Of a stretch of DNA of 64,000 nt, positions 1-10,350 are shown one piece after another. Both the position numbers and the translations under genes were made by a program. The first letter of the stretch is position 1, and the number at the start of each line of letters is the position of its first letter. Below the pieces are notes generated by a model. That model was not told the origin of the DNA, ran no database searches, and saw nothing but the letters and a program-made list of their open reading frames with translations. Source of the DNA: an uncultured delta proteobacterium (lineage in GTDB: Bacteria > Myxococcota_A > Polyangia > Polyangiales > Polyangiaceae); NCBI GenBank assembly GCA_963782055.1, contig CAWAIF010000002.1:1-64000 (forward strand), read 5' to 3'.

Positions 1-560
1 GGCGGACCAGGGTGGCGCGATCTACGGCGAAGAGGAGAAGGCGCAGACGCTCGGCCTCGTCGGAGACGAGCTCCGCGAACATCGGCAGCGACAAATCCGC
101 CCCATCATCCAGAGCTTCGTCCGGTGGATGGATGCCGTCGAGCCGACGCTTCTCCCGTCCGAGCCGCTGACGGCGGCGATTCGCTACTACAAGAACCATG
201 GCGACGCGCTCTTCCGCTTCGTCGACGACCCGATCGTCCCCATCGACAACTCGCCCACCGAGCGCGAGTTCCAGAACGTCGCCAAGCTGCGCCTCAACAT
301 GCTCTTCGCAGGCAGCACCGAAGGCGCGCACCGCGCGTGCGTGCTCCTCGGCATCGTCGCGACGTGCCGCGCCCAGGGCGTCCCCGCCCAGCCGTACCTC
401 ACGTGGGCCTTCGAGCGCCTCGGCACACACCGCGATCTCTTCGCGCTGCCGCTCGAGGAGTTGACCCCCGCGGCCTTTAAGAAGACGCGGGCCTGACGCA
501 GACGCACGTCCCGGGCCGCCACGCATCCTGGTGTCGCTGATGGGTCACGGCGCGGGTCAC
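1..560 (+). mobile_element. Right part of an IS66-family element (runs off the left window edge)
   Basis: Contains the TnpC C-terminus. Putative right end ...GCGGGTCAC at 560, exactly where IS91-like coding sequence resumes. Left end is not visible, so no TSD check is possible. Confidence 0.7.
2..496 (+). CDS. tnpC: IS66-family transposase, C-terminal part (5' partial)
   Basis: Frame is open from base 2. Motifs AIRYYKNH..L.RF..D..VPIDNSPTERE and FAGS.EGA..A......VATC...GV....YL are typical of the IS66 TnpC C-terminus. Confidence 0.9.
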   Translation, partial: ADQGGAIYGEEEKAQTLGLVGDELREHRQRQIRPIIQSFVRWMDAVEPTLLPSEPLTAAIRYYKNHGDALFRFVDDPIVPIDNSPTEREFQNVAKLRLNMLFAGSTEGAHRACVLLGIVATCRAQGVPAQPYLTWAFERLGTHRDLFALPLEELTPAAFKKTRA

Positions 561-697
561 CTTGCCGAGCAACGGCGCGTTGTACGCCAGGCGATGCCGG
601 ATGGCGTGCGGCATGGTGAGCACCCACTGCCGCAGCGGCGTAACCGTACGGGAATGGACGCCGTGCGCGAGGGGCGGCGGGCTGATTCACTCGGGGC

Positions 698-1027
698 ATG
701 GCGAGACACACAGCGAGCTGGTGGGCGAAGCGAGTGGAGGAGCTGGCGAGGGGGGACGACGCGGCGGAGGTCGCCCGCCGCCACGGCGTGAAGGCGCGGA
801 CGCTGGTGTGGTGGCGGTCGGAGCTGGCGAGGCGAGGTCGTAAGCGGCGGAAATCGGCACCTCGTCTGCTCCCCGTCGTCGTGGATGCGTCGTTGTGCGC
901 GGTCCCCGGCGGGCACGACGACACGGTCGAGGTCGTCGTCGAGGTCGGCGCCGCGCGCGTCGTGGCGCGCGGCGCCATCACCCCCGCGCACCTCGCGGCG
1001 ATCGTGGCGGCCGCGCGACCGTGCTGA
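698..1027 (+). CDS. tnpA: IS66 accessory protein TnpA (HTH)
   Basis: HTH-like AEVARRHGVKARTLVWWRSEL followed by LLPVVV..VEVVV. First ORF inside the IS. Confidence 0.85.
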   Translation: MARHTASWWAKRVEELARGDDAAEVARRHGVKARTLVWWRSELARRGRKRRKSAPRLLPVVVDASLCAVPGGHDDTVEVVVEVGAARVVARGAITPAHLAAIVAAARPC

Positions 1028-1416
1028 GCCTCGGTCCGGGCATCCAGGTCGTGCTCGCCACCGAGCCGGTGGATCTGCGCCGCGGCCACGACGGGCTCAT
1101 CACGCTCGTCCGGTCGCTCTGGCAGGCCGACCCCTACAGCGGCACCCTCTTCGTCTTCTTCGGTCGGCGACGAGATCGGGTAAAGGTCTTGTTCTTCAGC
1201 GCGGGCGGCTTCGTCGTCTACTACAAGCGATTGGAGCGTGGGCGCTTTTGCATGCCGCAGGTGCCGGCCGCGGCCTCGCACGTCGCGCTCGACGCCGCGT
1301 CACTCGCGATGCTGCTCGACGGCGTGGACCTGCGCGCCGTGAAGCGCGCGCCTCGATGGGAGCCCGCGCGCACGAAAAAGCGCGCAGAGGGGATCGACAT
1401 CTCGCGCGCGTCGTGA
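1021..1416 (+). CDS. tnpB: IS66 accessory protein TnpB (Orf2)
   Basis: GTG start. Motifs EPVDLRRGHDGL, LFVFFGRRRDRVKVL and YYKRLERGRF. Confidence 0.93.
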   Translation: MLSLGPGIQVVLATEPVDLRRGHDGLITLVRSLWQADPYSGTLFVFFGRRRDRVKVLFFSAGGFVVYYKRLERGRFCMPQVPAAASHVALDAASLAMLLDGVDLRAVKRAPRWEPARTKKRAEGIDISRAS

Positions 1417-1429
1417 TCAAAGCTATCTG

Positions 1430-2884
1430 TTGGTTCCTCCCGACGACAGCGACAAGGAGCACCGTTGCGAGTGGCGCGACTTCGCGACGTACCTGCAGGG
1501 CGAGGTTCAGGCCCTCAAGACCCAGGTCGAGGTCCTCACGCGTGCCTTCGCCAAGCGCTCCGAGAAGACCGGCAAGATGCCGAGGATCCCGCGGCCGCCG
1601 AGGACCCCGGAGCAGGCCGCCGATCGCCGCACCGAGCAGGCCCTCCTTCGCGCCGAGCGCATGGACACCGTGGACGAGACCGTGCCCGTCCCCGAGGCCG
1701 ACAAGAAGTGCCCCCTCTGCGGCGGCACGTCGTTCCGGCAGGTCGGCGACGGCAAGCCGTGCGAGATCTTCGAGTACGTCCCGGGATACCTGAAGCGCAT
1801 CGTGCTGACGCGCGAGACCGTCGCCTGCCGCTGCGGCGGCTGCGTGATCACCGCGCCGGCCCCCGAGCGATGGGCCGACAAGACGAGGTACGCGGCGAGC
1901 TTCGTCGCCCACCTGGTCGTGTCCAAGTGCCTCGCCGTCACGCCGCACTACCGGCTCGAGCAGGCCTTCGCGCGCACCGGCGTCCCCGTCGCCCGCAGCA
2001 CGATCAACGACCTCTTCAGGCGCGCCGGCCAGAAGCTCGAGCCTCTGCGCGAGCCACTGTTCGAGGAGATCAGGAGCGACTTCCTCGTCCACGCCGACGA
2101 GACCTCCTTCAAGATGACCAAGCAGGCGGCCAAGTCCTTCATCTGGGCCTTCGTCGGCCAGAGCCTGACCGGATATCGCTTCAATCTCTCGCGCAGCGGC
2201 GACGTCCCGGTCGACGTTCTCGGCGAATCCGCCGGCGCCATCGTCTGCGACGACTACCGCGGCTACGACCGACTCGTCCGCAAAGGAAGCCGACGCCGCT
2301 GCGGCTGCATCGCCCACGCCCGCAGACACTTCTTCGACGCGGGCGAGGTCCCGGAGGCGAAGGAGGCGCTCGACCTCGTCGCCGGCATGTACCGCGTCGA
2401 GCACGAGGCCGAAGCGCGCGGCATCCTCGGCACCGCCGAGCATCTCGAGCTCCGCCGCACGTGCGCGCGCCCGCTCTTCGTCCGGCTGCTGTTGCTCGCG
2501 CGCGAGGCCCGTCGCCTGCACGGACCCAAGACGCTCCTCGGACGCGCCGCGCGCTACACCTGGAGAAACCAGACCGCGCTCGGCCGGTTCCTTCACGACG
2601 CCCGCGTTCCCCTGGACAACAACCGCGCTGAAAATGCGATGAGGCTCGTGGCCCTCGGCCGCAAGAACTTCCTATTCGTCCACAGCGAGGAGGCCGGCAA
2701 GGAGCTCGCACTCCTCTACTCGCTCGTCGTCTCCTGCACCCGCGTCGGCGTGAACCCCGTCGAGTACCTGGCCGACGTCCTCGGCCGCATCGACAAGACC
2801 GCCGACGACCACCTCGCCGACCTCCTGCCGCACCGCTGGAAACCCCCGCCCAAGCCACCCGACCCGGTCGATTTCGACGCGTAG
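1430..2884 (+). CDS. tnpC: IS66 DDE transposase TnpC
   Basis: Zn finger CPLCG..CRC, HADET, CDDY.GY, CIAHARRHF and DNNRAENAMR. Confidence 0.95.
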   Translation: MVPPDDSDKEHRCEWRDFATYLQGEVQALKTQVEVLTRAFAKRSEKTGKMPRIPRPPRTPEQAADRRTEQALLRAERMDTVDETVPVPEADKKCPLCGGTSFRQVGDGKPCEIFEYVPGYLKRIVLTRETVACRCGGCVITAPAPERWADKTRYAASFVAHLVVSKCLAVTPHYRLEQAFARTGVPVARSTINDLFRRAGQKLEPLREPLFEEIRSDFLVHADETSFKMTKQAAKSFIWAFVGQSLTGYRFNLSRSGDVPVDVLGESAGAIVCDDYRGYDRLVRKGSRRRCGCIAHARRHFFDAGEVPEAKEALDLVAGMYRVEHEAEARGILGTAEHLELRRTCARPLFVRLLLLAREARRLHGPKTLLGRAARYTWRNQTALGRFLHDARVPLDNNRAENAMRLVALGRKNFLFVHSEEAGKELALLYSLVVSCTRVGVNPVEYLADVLGRIDKTADDHLADLLPHRWKPPPKPPDPVDFDA

Positions 2885-3218
2885 CCCGAAGCGCGACGGT
2901 CAGATCTGCCGTTCAGGCCCTTGCCCGTACGGGTACGCAGCGGCGCCTCCGGCAAGACGCTCTCCATCAGGTTGGCCGCCGTCTGCGCCATGCGCCGCCC
3001 CATGCACGACGGACAGAATCCCCGGCCTTTGCACGCGAAGGCCACGACGCGCCGCTCGCCGCAGCCCTCGCACTTCAGGTGTGCGAAGCCCCGGCAGAGA
3101 AGGGCAACGCCCACGACGCCTCGTGGGGCGGCTCGCCGGTGTCATCGTACGTGACGGTGCCGTGCGGCGGCGGGTGAGAGTTCGGGGGATTGGCTGACAT
3201 GCGGAAGCTCCTACCCGT

Positions 3219-3246
3219 ACTCTAGAGAGCGAGCCCCCAATGTCAA
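3219..3246 (-). promoter_or_regulatory. Possible sigma70-type promoter ahead of a truncated gene start (ATG at 3200)
   Basis: Minus strand reads TTGACA-16 nt-TAGAGT, then AGGAG, then ATG at 3200. The ORF runs into the IS91 relic and stops after about 40 codons. Confidence 0.4.
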
Positions 3247-3278
3247 CCGTCCGGTCGGTCTTTGCGTGGTATGCCGGG

Positions 3279-3389
3279 GTCGTGATTCACGATGTACGTG
3301 GCGCCGTTGAGCGTCACCTGGTGGATCGCACGATCGCACCATCGTCGTCATAGTCGTAGTGCACCAGCGTGCTCTGGTCGTTGTCCAGC
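3279..3389 (-). repeat. Near-duplicate of Rhs core sequence 5309-5411
   Basis: GTCGTGATTCACGATGTACGTGGC...CATCGTCGTCATAGTCGTAGTGCACCAGCGTG..CTGGTCGTTGTCCAGC occurs at both sites. This copy has an extra GATCGCAC. Confidence 0.92.
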
Positions 3390-3401
3390 CTCGTTCCGAC
3401 A

Positions 3402-3791
3402 CTACGCGCCATCAACCGGCAGGTTCATCTGTGATAGACTCCTCGGTTCGCGGTCGTACTTGAGTTCGAATGCATCAATACGTTCCGGCCAGGGCTCATC
3501 GAAGGTGAAACCCTCTAGCATGCTGAGTCGGCCAGAACGGATGAAGAGCACGAATCCGACACCGCGGACTAGGCCGCCGACCTCTGCGTAAACATCGCTG
3601 ATCTGGAAGTCTCCATCTGCGAGTGGTGCGCCTGCATCCACAGCGAAGTCGCAAAAAAAGCCGACGCCAGTTCGCCTCCGCCCGACAACGCGAGCCGCAT
3701 CGGCCTGTAGTCGAAGGGTAGCTAGTGTCGGATCATCGCCGGCGAGTTGCTTGTCGAGCACGGCGCGTTCCAATGTGCTTAAGTTATCCAT
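3402..3791 (-). CDS. Putative immunity protein for the Rhs C-terminal toxin
   Basis: 129-aa ORF 20 bp downstream of the toxin stop, with GGAGG RBS and more AT-rich codons. Motifs TGVGFF..F and GFVLFIRSGRLSMLEGFTFDEPWP. Confidence 0.75.
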   Translation of the reverse strand: MDNLSTLERAVLDKQLAGDDPTLATLRLQADAARVVGRRRTGVGFFCDFAVDAGAPLADGDFQISDVYAEVGGLVRGVGFVLFIRSGRLSMLEGFTFDEPWPERIDAFELKYDREPRSLSQMNLPVDGA

Positions 3792-6700
3792 GTCAGGTCC
3801 GTACCTCCTAGCTAGGGAATCCAGAAGCTACCGATGTGTGCGACCCCGTCGATGGCCCGCCCGCGAACCGCCACGATCTGGCCCGCCACATCGACGTTCG
3901 TGGTGAACACGCCGGACAAACCCTGAGAGCGGACCGCAGCCTGGGTCGCGTTGTCCACGGCCGCAAACGTCGCTTCCTGCGACCCACCGAAACTCTCTAG
4001 CAACGGACCGAGGTTGTGGCCCGCCTTGCCAAAAATGTGGTTTAGTTTGTTCGGGTCGATGACGGTCGCCACCTGCTGCGGCCCGCTAGCGCACTGCCCA
4101 CCCTCCTCGGCCTCAGTCGCGACTTCGGCACCCTTGTAGCCGAGTGTATTGAGGACTGCGCGGCCCAGCCATGTTCCTCCGAGCCACTCCGCGAGGGCGG
4201 GCGCGAGGATTAGGCTGACGCCGATGCCCGCGCCGACCTCGTCGGCAGTTGTCAGGTCATGCGGCTGGTCCGTCGATAGCAGCGAGCCGGCGAGGACTAT
4301 CAGTCCCGCGATCACGAACGGGTTGTGCCCATCCGCATCAATGCAGTTGACCGGATCGTTGTTGCAGTACCCGTAAAGGTTGAGGCCCCCGTTCTGGCGG
4401 GTCAAGTCCTTGCTCAACCACCGGCCCGTGAAAAAGTTGTAGTTGCGCGCCCCGAAGCGGTAGCTGAAGGCGTCCGGGTCCCACAGGCCGCCCGCGAACC
4501 CGAAGGGCTGGACCTGGGGAATCCCCCCTCCCCACGCGGTGTAGTCGAGCGACTCGACGACGTTGCCCTGCGCGTCGACGACGCGGCGCACCGAGCCGAT
4601 CTGGTCGCTGACCAGCCGGTAGACCGTCCACCCGTTGCTCTTGCGCGCCATCAGGTCGGGGACATTGGACTTGGTCACGTAGACGAACTGCTCGGTGATC
4701 GTGCCGTTGCCGTCGGTCTGCGCGATGATCCGGCCCTGGTCGTCGTAGACCCACGCGACTTGCAAGGTGCCCTGGTAGTACTTGCCGATGAGACGGTTGC
4801 GGCCGTCGACCAGGTAGTCGTCGGCGTCCTGCCGCAGATTTCCGAGGGGGTCGAAGACGTACGAGAGCCCGGCCCAGTTTGTGGTCTCGCCGTTCGGTGT
4901 GTACGCACAGGGGCCGAACATGTCGTCGGTCAGCCGGTCCTGCGTGTCGTAGTGAGGCGTCGTGCCATCTTGGTTCAGATAGTTGCCATCGGCGTCGTAC
5001 GTCCAGGTGTCGTCGCTGGCGCCGTTGGCGCAGGAGGTGCCCTGACTCAGGGCCTCGGTGAGGAAGGTCTTGGTGCCGCCCGGATCATAGGTGTACGTCC
5101 AGTTGCAGGTGCCGCCGCCCGCGTAGGTCTCGTTCTTGGTGTCGAGCCGCCCCGTGGCCGGGTCCCGGCCGTAGTCGATCTTGAAGAGGCTCTGGCCGTT
5201 CGCTTTGAAGTCGTAGCTCGTGACGTCCCCGTAGCCAGAGGTGTCGTATCCGTAGCTGTCGGTCAGGGTGCCGCCAAAGGACGTGTCGGTCAGCATGCCC
5301 GTGGCCGAGTCGTGATTCACGATGTACGTGGCTCCGTTGAGGCTAACCTGGTGGATCGCACCATCGTCGTCATAGTCGTAGTGCACCAGCGTGGTCTGGT
5401 CGTTGTCCAGCGTCCGGTCGGAGAGGCGCCAGGTCTTGTCGTAGTAGCCGTACTCGACTCCATGGCTGAACGGGCCGGTCGTCGCCTCGCTCGTCATCAG
5501 GCTGCCGTCGTAGGCCTCCGTCAGCGTCACCGTCGGCATGCTGCCGTCTTGCGCGACGATGGTGTGGACGTGCCCCGCGGCCGGATCCTGGGGCGGGTAG
5601 TAGGCGTAGTCCACGGACACCGCGCCGTGCGCCGGATCGGAGTAGGTCATGTTCTGGAGTCGGCCGCCTGCATCGTAGCTATAGGTGATCGGCGTCGCGC
5701 CGGGCGGCGCGTCGCTCAGCAGCGCGCCGTCCATGTCGTACGTGTACGAGGTGCTCGCTCCACCGGGCGGCGTGTAGGTCTGGAGCAGGTCTCCCACGTT
5801 GGGCGTGAAATCGTGCTCGTAGTTGCCGCCGCTATCCAGGGGCATCCGGAGCGACGTCATGTTGCCATTGAGGTCGTACCCCAGGTTCACGACGCGATTC
5901 CCGAGGAGGGTCTCCTGGGTCGCGCGCCCGGCGTTGTCGCGACCGGTGAAGCTTGCCGTCGGAGTGCCCAGCGGCGTGTCGATCGACGAGAGCCAGCCCG
6001 CGGTCGGGAGGGCCGTCGCGTAGTTGTACTGCACGCTGCGTGTACCACGTGACACCGTCTTTACCTGCGTGGCGAACGCGGGCCCGTCCGCGTTGTCGTA
6101 GGTGACCTGCAGTCCCAGCAGGCCGGTGCCGGGGAACTCCACGCCCGTGAGCTGGTCCGACGCGTCGAGATCGAGCTGCACCTCCCGGCCGAGAGGGCTC
6201 GTGACGAGCACATGGTTCGGGCTGCGCGTACGGGTGGTGGTCCAGACCTTCCCGTTGAGGGTGACGGTGTCGGTCAGGCTGTCGACCATGAGCGGGGAAG
6301 TCGGGTTTGCCGGCACGGTCGTTCGCGCGACGTCCTCCTCCCAACCGGCGCTCCCGGTCATGGTGCCTGTCTCGACGACGGTCTTGCTGACGTACGCGCC
6401 GCGGTACCCGAAGCGCGGGTCCGGCGTCTGGTTGCTCGTCACGGTCGTAGCGTCGGGATAGGTGACGACGCGGCTGAGATCGTCGTAGCGATCGTCGGTC
6501 GTCTCGAGCCCGTTGAGATCGGTGTGCGTGCGGTGGTCGACGCGCGTCGGCGCGGTGTCCGATGCCTTGCTCCGCGTGTCGTCGACGATGTGGGACACGG
6601 TCCGGCCCTGCGGGCTGGTGAAGTCGACGTGCCAGCCGCCGTCCTTGCCCGTCCTGGTCAGGCGCGTTCCGGCGATTCCCAGGGGGCTGGTGTCCTTCGT

Positions 6701-9700
6701 GAGAAGCCCCGTGGCCGAATAGGTGAACGTGTGAATGTGACCGATCGCATCGGTGAGCCTCGTCAGGAGGCCGCTCGCGGTGTGCGAGAGCTGCGTGATC
6801 TCGTCCGTCTTTGGACTCGTGACCGTGGACAGGTAGCAGTTGGGATCCATGCCGAGCGTCGTCACCTGCCCGTGGGGCGCGGTGATCGTGACGGTGCTGC
6901 TCGCGCAGCCCGAGGGGGCCGCCGAGTACGCGATGGTCGTCGTGGGGCAGCTCTGCTGCGCACACGCCTCTGTGATCTGGTTCAGGCGGCCGTAGCTGTC
7001 GTACCCGAAGGAGTAGTGCGGCGCGCCCCCCACCGCGCCCAGCGTCGCAAGGTGGCGTCCGGCCGTCGCGCCGGTCGAGTCGTCGAACTGGTAGACCTCG
7101 CCCGCGTCGTCGGAGGGCACGAGGAGGGTGGCATTGTCCCCCGAGGTTCCAGGCGGCAGCCGCACCTTCAGGATGCTGGGACGTCCGTTGGCGTCAACGG
7201 AGTTGTAGAGGAGCGACCCATCCGGAGAGCGCGCGACGCCACTGAAGATTGTGTCGCTCGGCTCTACCGGTCCTCCGGGCGAGCCCACGGCGATGCCGCC
7301 CTCGGTGTAGTCGCCATCGCAATGGGTCCCCACGACCGTCGAGACGAGGCCGCTTGCGGGGTCGCCATCCAGCTTGCGCACGGTGTAGTCCCCGGTGTCC
7401 GCCACGTACAGCGAGCCGGAATCCCACATCAGCCCCCAAGGCTGGGTGAACCCAGCCGTGCCCAGTGACCCACCGTCACCGAAGCCCGTGGTGCTGCATC
7501 GTGCGATCGAGCCCCCGACGCCGGCGAATACTCGAATGAAGCCATCCGGCGTGATGCGCAAGACGCGGTTCAAGAGGCCGCCACCCTCCTGCGTCAGATA
7601 GATGGCGCCGGTGGGGTCGGTCGTGATGCCGCTGATCTGGCCGTCGGAGAGGTCGAGCTGCGTGGCGAGGCAGTTCGTGGTGTTGGCATCGAAGGTCGCG
7701 CATGAGCCTTGGCTGCTTCCCCGAATTCCGGCCACGGTCTCCACGTTTCCGTCCTGTCTGATGCGTCGCACCAGCCTGACACCACACTCTCCTCCTTCGA
7801 CGAAGAGAGTCGTTCCGTCGCGAGCGACGGTGACCGCGGTCAGTTCGTGGAACTTGGCGCCAACGGCTGCGCCGTCCGGCGAATAGGACAAGACGGGATC
7901 AACTTGGTTGTACTGGTTCAACTCGCAGTACTTTCTGTCCCCAGAGCCGGCCACACCTCCGGCGAGAAGATGGGCGCGGGGAGTACCCGAGGCCAGATCG
8001 GAGATGCGGATGACACGGTAGTCGTCCAGTGCGACGAGGTCACCGTTCGGCGCCATGGCCACACCCCAGCCCCCCACGTGAACCGTCGTGGCTGCAACCC
8101 CGTCCGCGAAGCCATTGTCGCTGCTGGTCTGCGTGATGAGCGAACCGGTGGCGCCGTCAATCTGCTCCACGGCGCCCCACTGGCCATCGGTGTGAAACAG
8201 GGAAGCATAGATCTCGCCGTCGGCCGCCGCCGCGAGACCGCGGTAGAAGCCATACGTGTCCCCTTCCGCGTGGACCGTGTTCACGACGTCGCTGAGCGCG
8301 TTCGGCGTGCGCTTCTCGCCGTCGCCGCGCCATAGAACCCCGGTTCGCGTGTCATACACGTGCTGCGGGCTGAGGGTCCAGCCACCCAGACCGAGGGCCT
8401 TGTCATCGAACGCGCCAACAGTCACGTCGTAATAGCGCGACTCGAGGAACGCGCGTTGCGCCCGCACCTGAGCGACGACGTACGCGGGACCGGAGCCAAA
8501 CGAGGCGAAGCTCGTCGGCTTCTGCATCACGGGCTTGTAGACGTACGAGACGCGGATGTGGGCGGTCATCGCGGTCTCCACCGGCCTCCCGTACGCGTCC
8601 GTCCTGTCCCAGGACCACGCGATCTTCTCGTTCGGCACCACGTTCGTCAGGTCGAAAAGGTGGCGCTGGCCTGCGATCTGTATCTCCACCTCGGCGTGGT
8701 CGAGCGACGATGGGAGAGCGCCGGAGCCGGCGACGGGGACCGTGATGGTGGGGTGATAGCCATTCTGGGTCTCGCTGCGGTAGTTCAGCGAGAACGGGGT
8801 CCCGATCACCGGCAGCGACTCCCCCAGCACCTGGTTCTCGCACTCGATGATCGAGCCCTTCCCGTCGCAGGGGTGCGGTTTCGGCGTATCCGCCACCGGC
8901 TCCGCGTTCGGCGGCGAGATGGCGTCGTCGGGAGGACTTCCCGACCAGTTCCAGTCGAACGGGGTGAAGTGATTGATGGGGACGCGCCAGAGCTGCGTCG
9001 GGAAGGTCGTGTAGGTCCCGTTCAACGTCGCCCGCTCGTCGTCGGTGATGCCGTACGCCGCGTAGTTCATCGGCGTGTTGCAGTTCGCGTTGCAGCAGCT
9101 CGGGTCCATCGTGATGTCGACCATGCCGCCGGTCGAGCCGTAGAGGCACAGGTTCACGCCCGAAGCGTCCGTCTGCCAGGCGCCCTTCACGCGGTCGTAG
9201 CTCCCCGAGGGCACAACGTTCTCCACGCCGCTCGCGTCGAGCGGCGTCTGGATGAAGTTCTCGAGATACCCATAGACCGGGCTCGCGTAGTTCGAGTCGT
9301 CGTTCTTGAAGATGACCGACCCGAGACCCAGGCTATCCGCTTCGTCGACTCCGAACTCCGCGGCGTACGTGTATCCGCTCTGCGGGGGCAGCTCGCCGGG
9401 CATCGCGCCAGGCCCGTTGTCGCCAACCGACAGCTCGGTGGCGTGGACGGTGAGGCTGCTCCCATTCAGCTCCGGGTTCGTGGCGTAGGTCCCCGGGGCG
9501 AACAGCAGCGTGACGCGCCGGTCGGTTCCGACGCCGTCGTTCATCTGCGAACCGCGCACGACCTGCCACGCGCCCGAGTTTTGCGTCACGGTCGCGCCCA
9601 CGTCCTTCTGTACGAGGAACACGTCCGGGAGGACGGTGTAGTCGAGCCAGTGCGTCTCGGCGTGACGCTGGACCGTGACGTGATCCGCGTAGGTGAAGAC

Positions 9701-10350
9701 GACCGTGTAGGTCTGGCCCCCGTTTACCACCATGTCGTACTGGCCGTTCGTGTCCGTCGACGCGCTGCCGTACTCGCCGTGGTCGAGAATGGCGACGGTC
9801 ACGTGGTACAATGGCGCGCTCGTGTCGCGGTCGAACACGCGCCCGCGGATGACCGACTGATGCTGTGGCACCATCGTCGCCGTCAGCCCGCTCTGGTCGC
9901 CTCCATTGTAGATGAAGCTCATCCCATCGCCGATGTCGCTCGGTACTCTACCGCCACCGAGGTAGTCGGCCGGTGTCGGAGGCGCCGGGCACGTGTCACT
10001 CTGAACCGTGTAGCCAACGTCCTGCGTGCACGTGTACGTGAGGCACCCATCTACCAGGGGACTCGTCAGGGCGGTTCCCGGGTTTACTCCACCCTGGCCA
10101 TTGCAGGTCTCCGTGCCGTTGCAGGGGTCTCCATCGTCCACGACCGTGTCTTGCGCGACGTTCTCGTGGACAACCTGACCGTTCTCGCAGCTGTCGGTAG
10201 TGCACGGGTTGTTGTCCTCCAGTGAATAGGGGACCGACGCGGTCGCGTAGACCCACCAGCCGAGCCCGGGGTCCAGACCGGACAGACGGAACCCGAGCGA
10301 AGCGGCGGCGACGGTGCCGCCGACGCCGATGTTGGGCTGGCCCTTGCAGT

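Larger units (their letters stand above)
640..2936 (+). mobile_element. Complete three-ORF IS66-family element (2297 bp)
   Basis: IRL GTAACCGTACGGG at 640. IRR CCCGTACGGGTAC ends at 2936. The 8-bp TSD GCAGCGGC is at 632-639 and 2937-2944. Encloses tnpA-tnpB-tnpC. Confidence 0.95.
561..3114 (-). pseudogene. IS91-family (Y2/Zn-binding) transposase relic, split by IS66 insertions (pieces 2937-3114 and 561-631)
   Basis: 2937-3114 encodes GFAHLKCEGC..VAFACKGRGFCPSCMGRRMAQTAANLMESVLPEAPLR. After removing the IS it continues QWVLTMPHAIRHRLAYNAPLLGK at 631-561. Confidence 0.85.
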
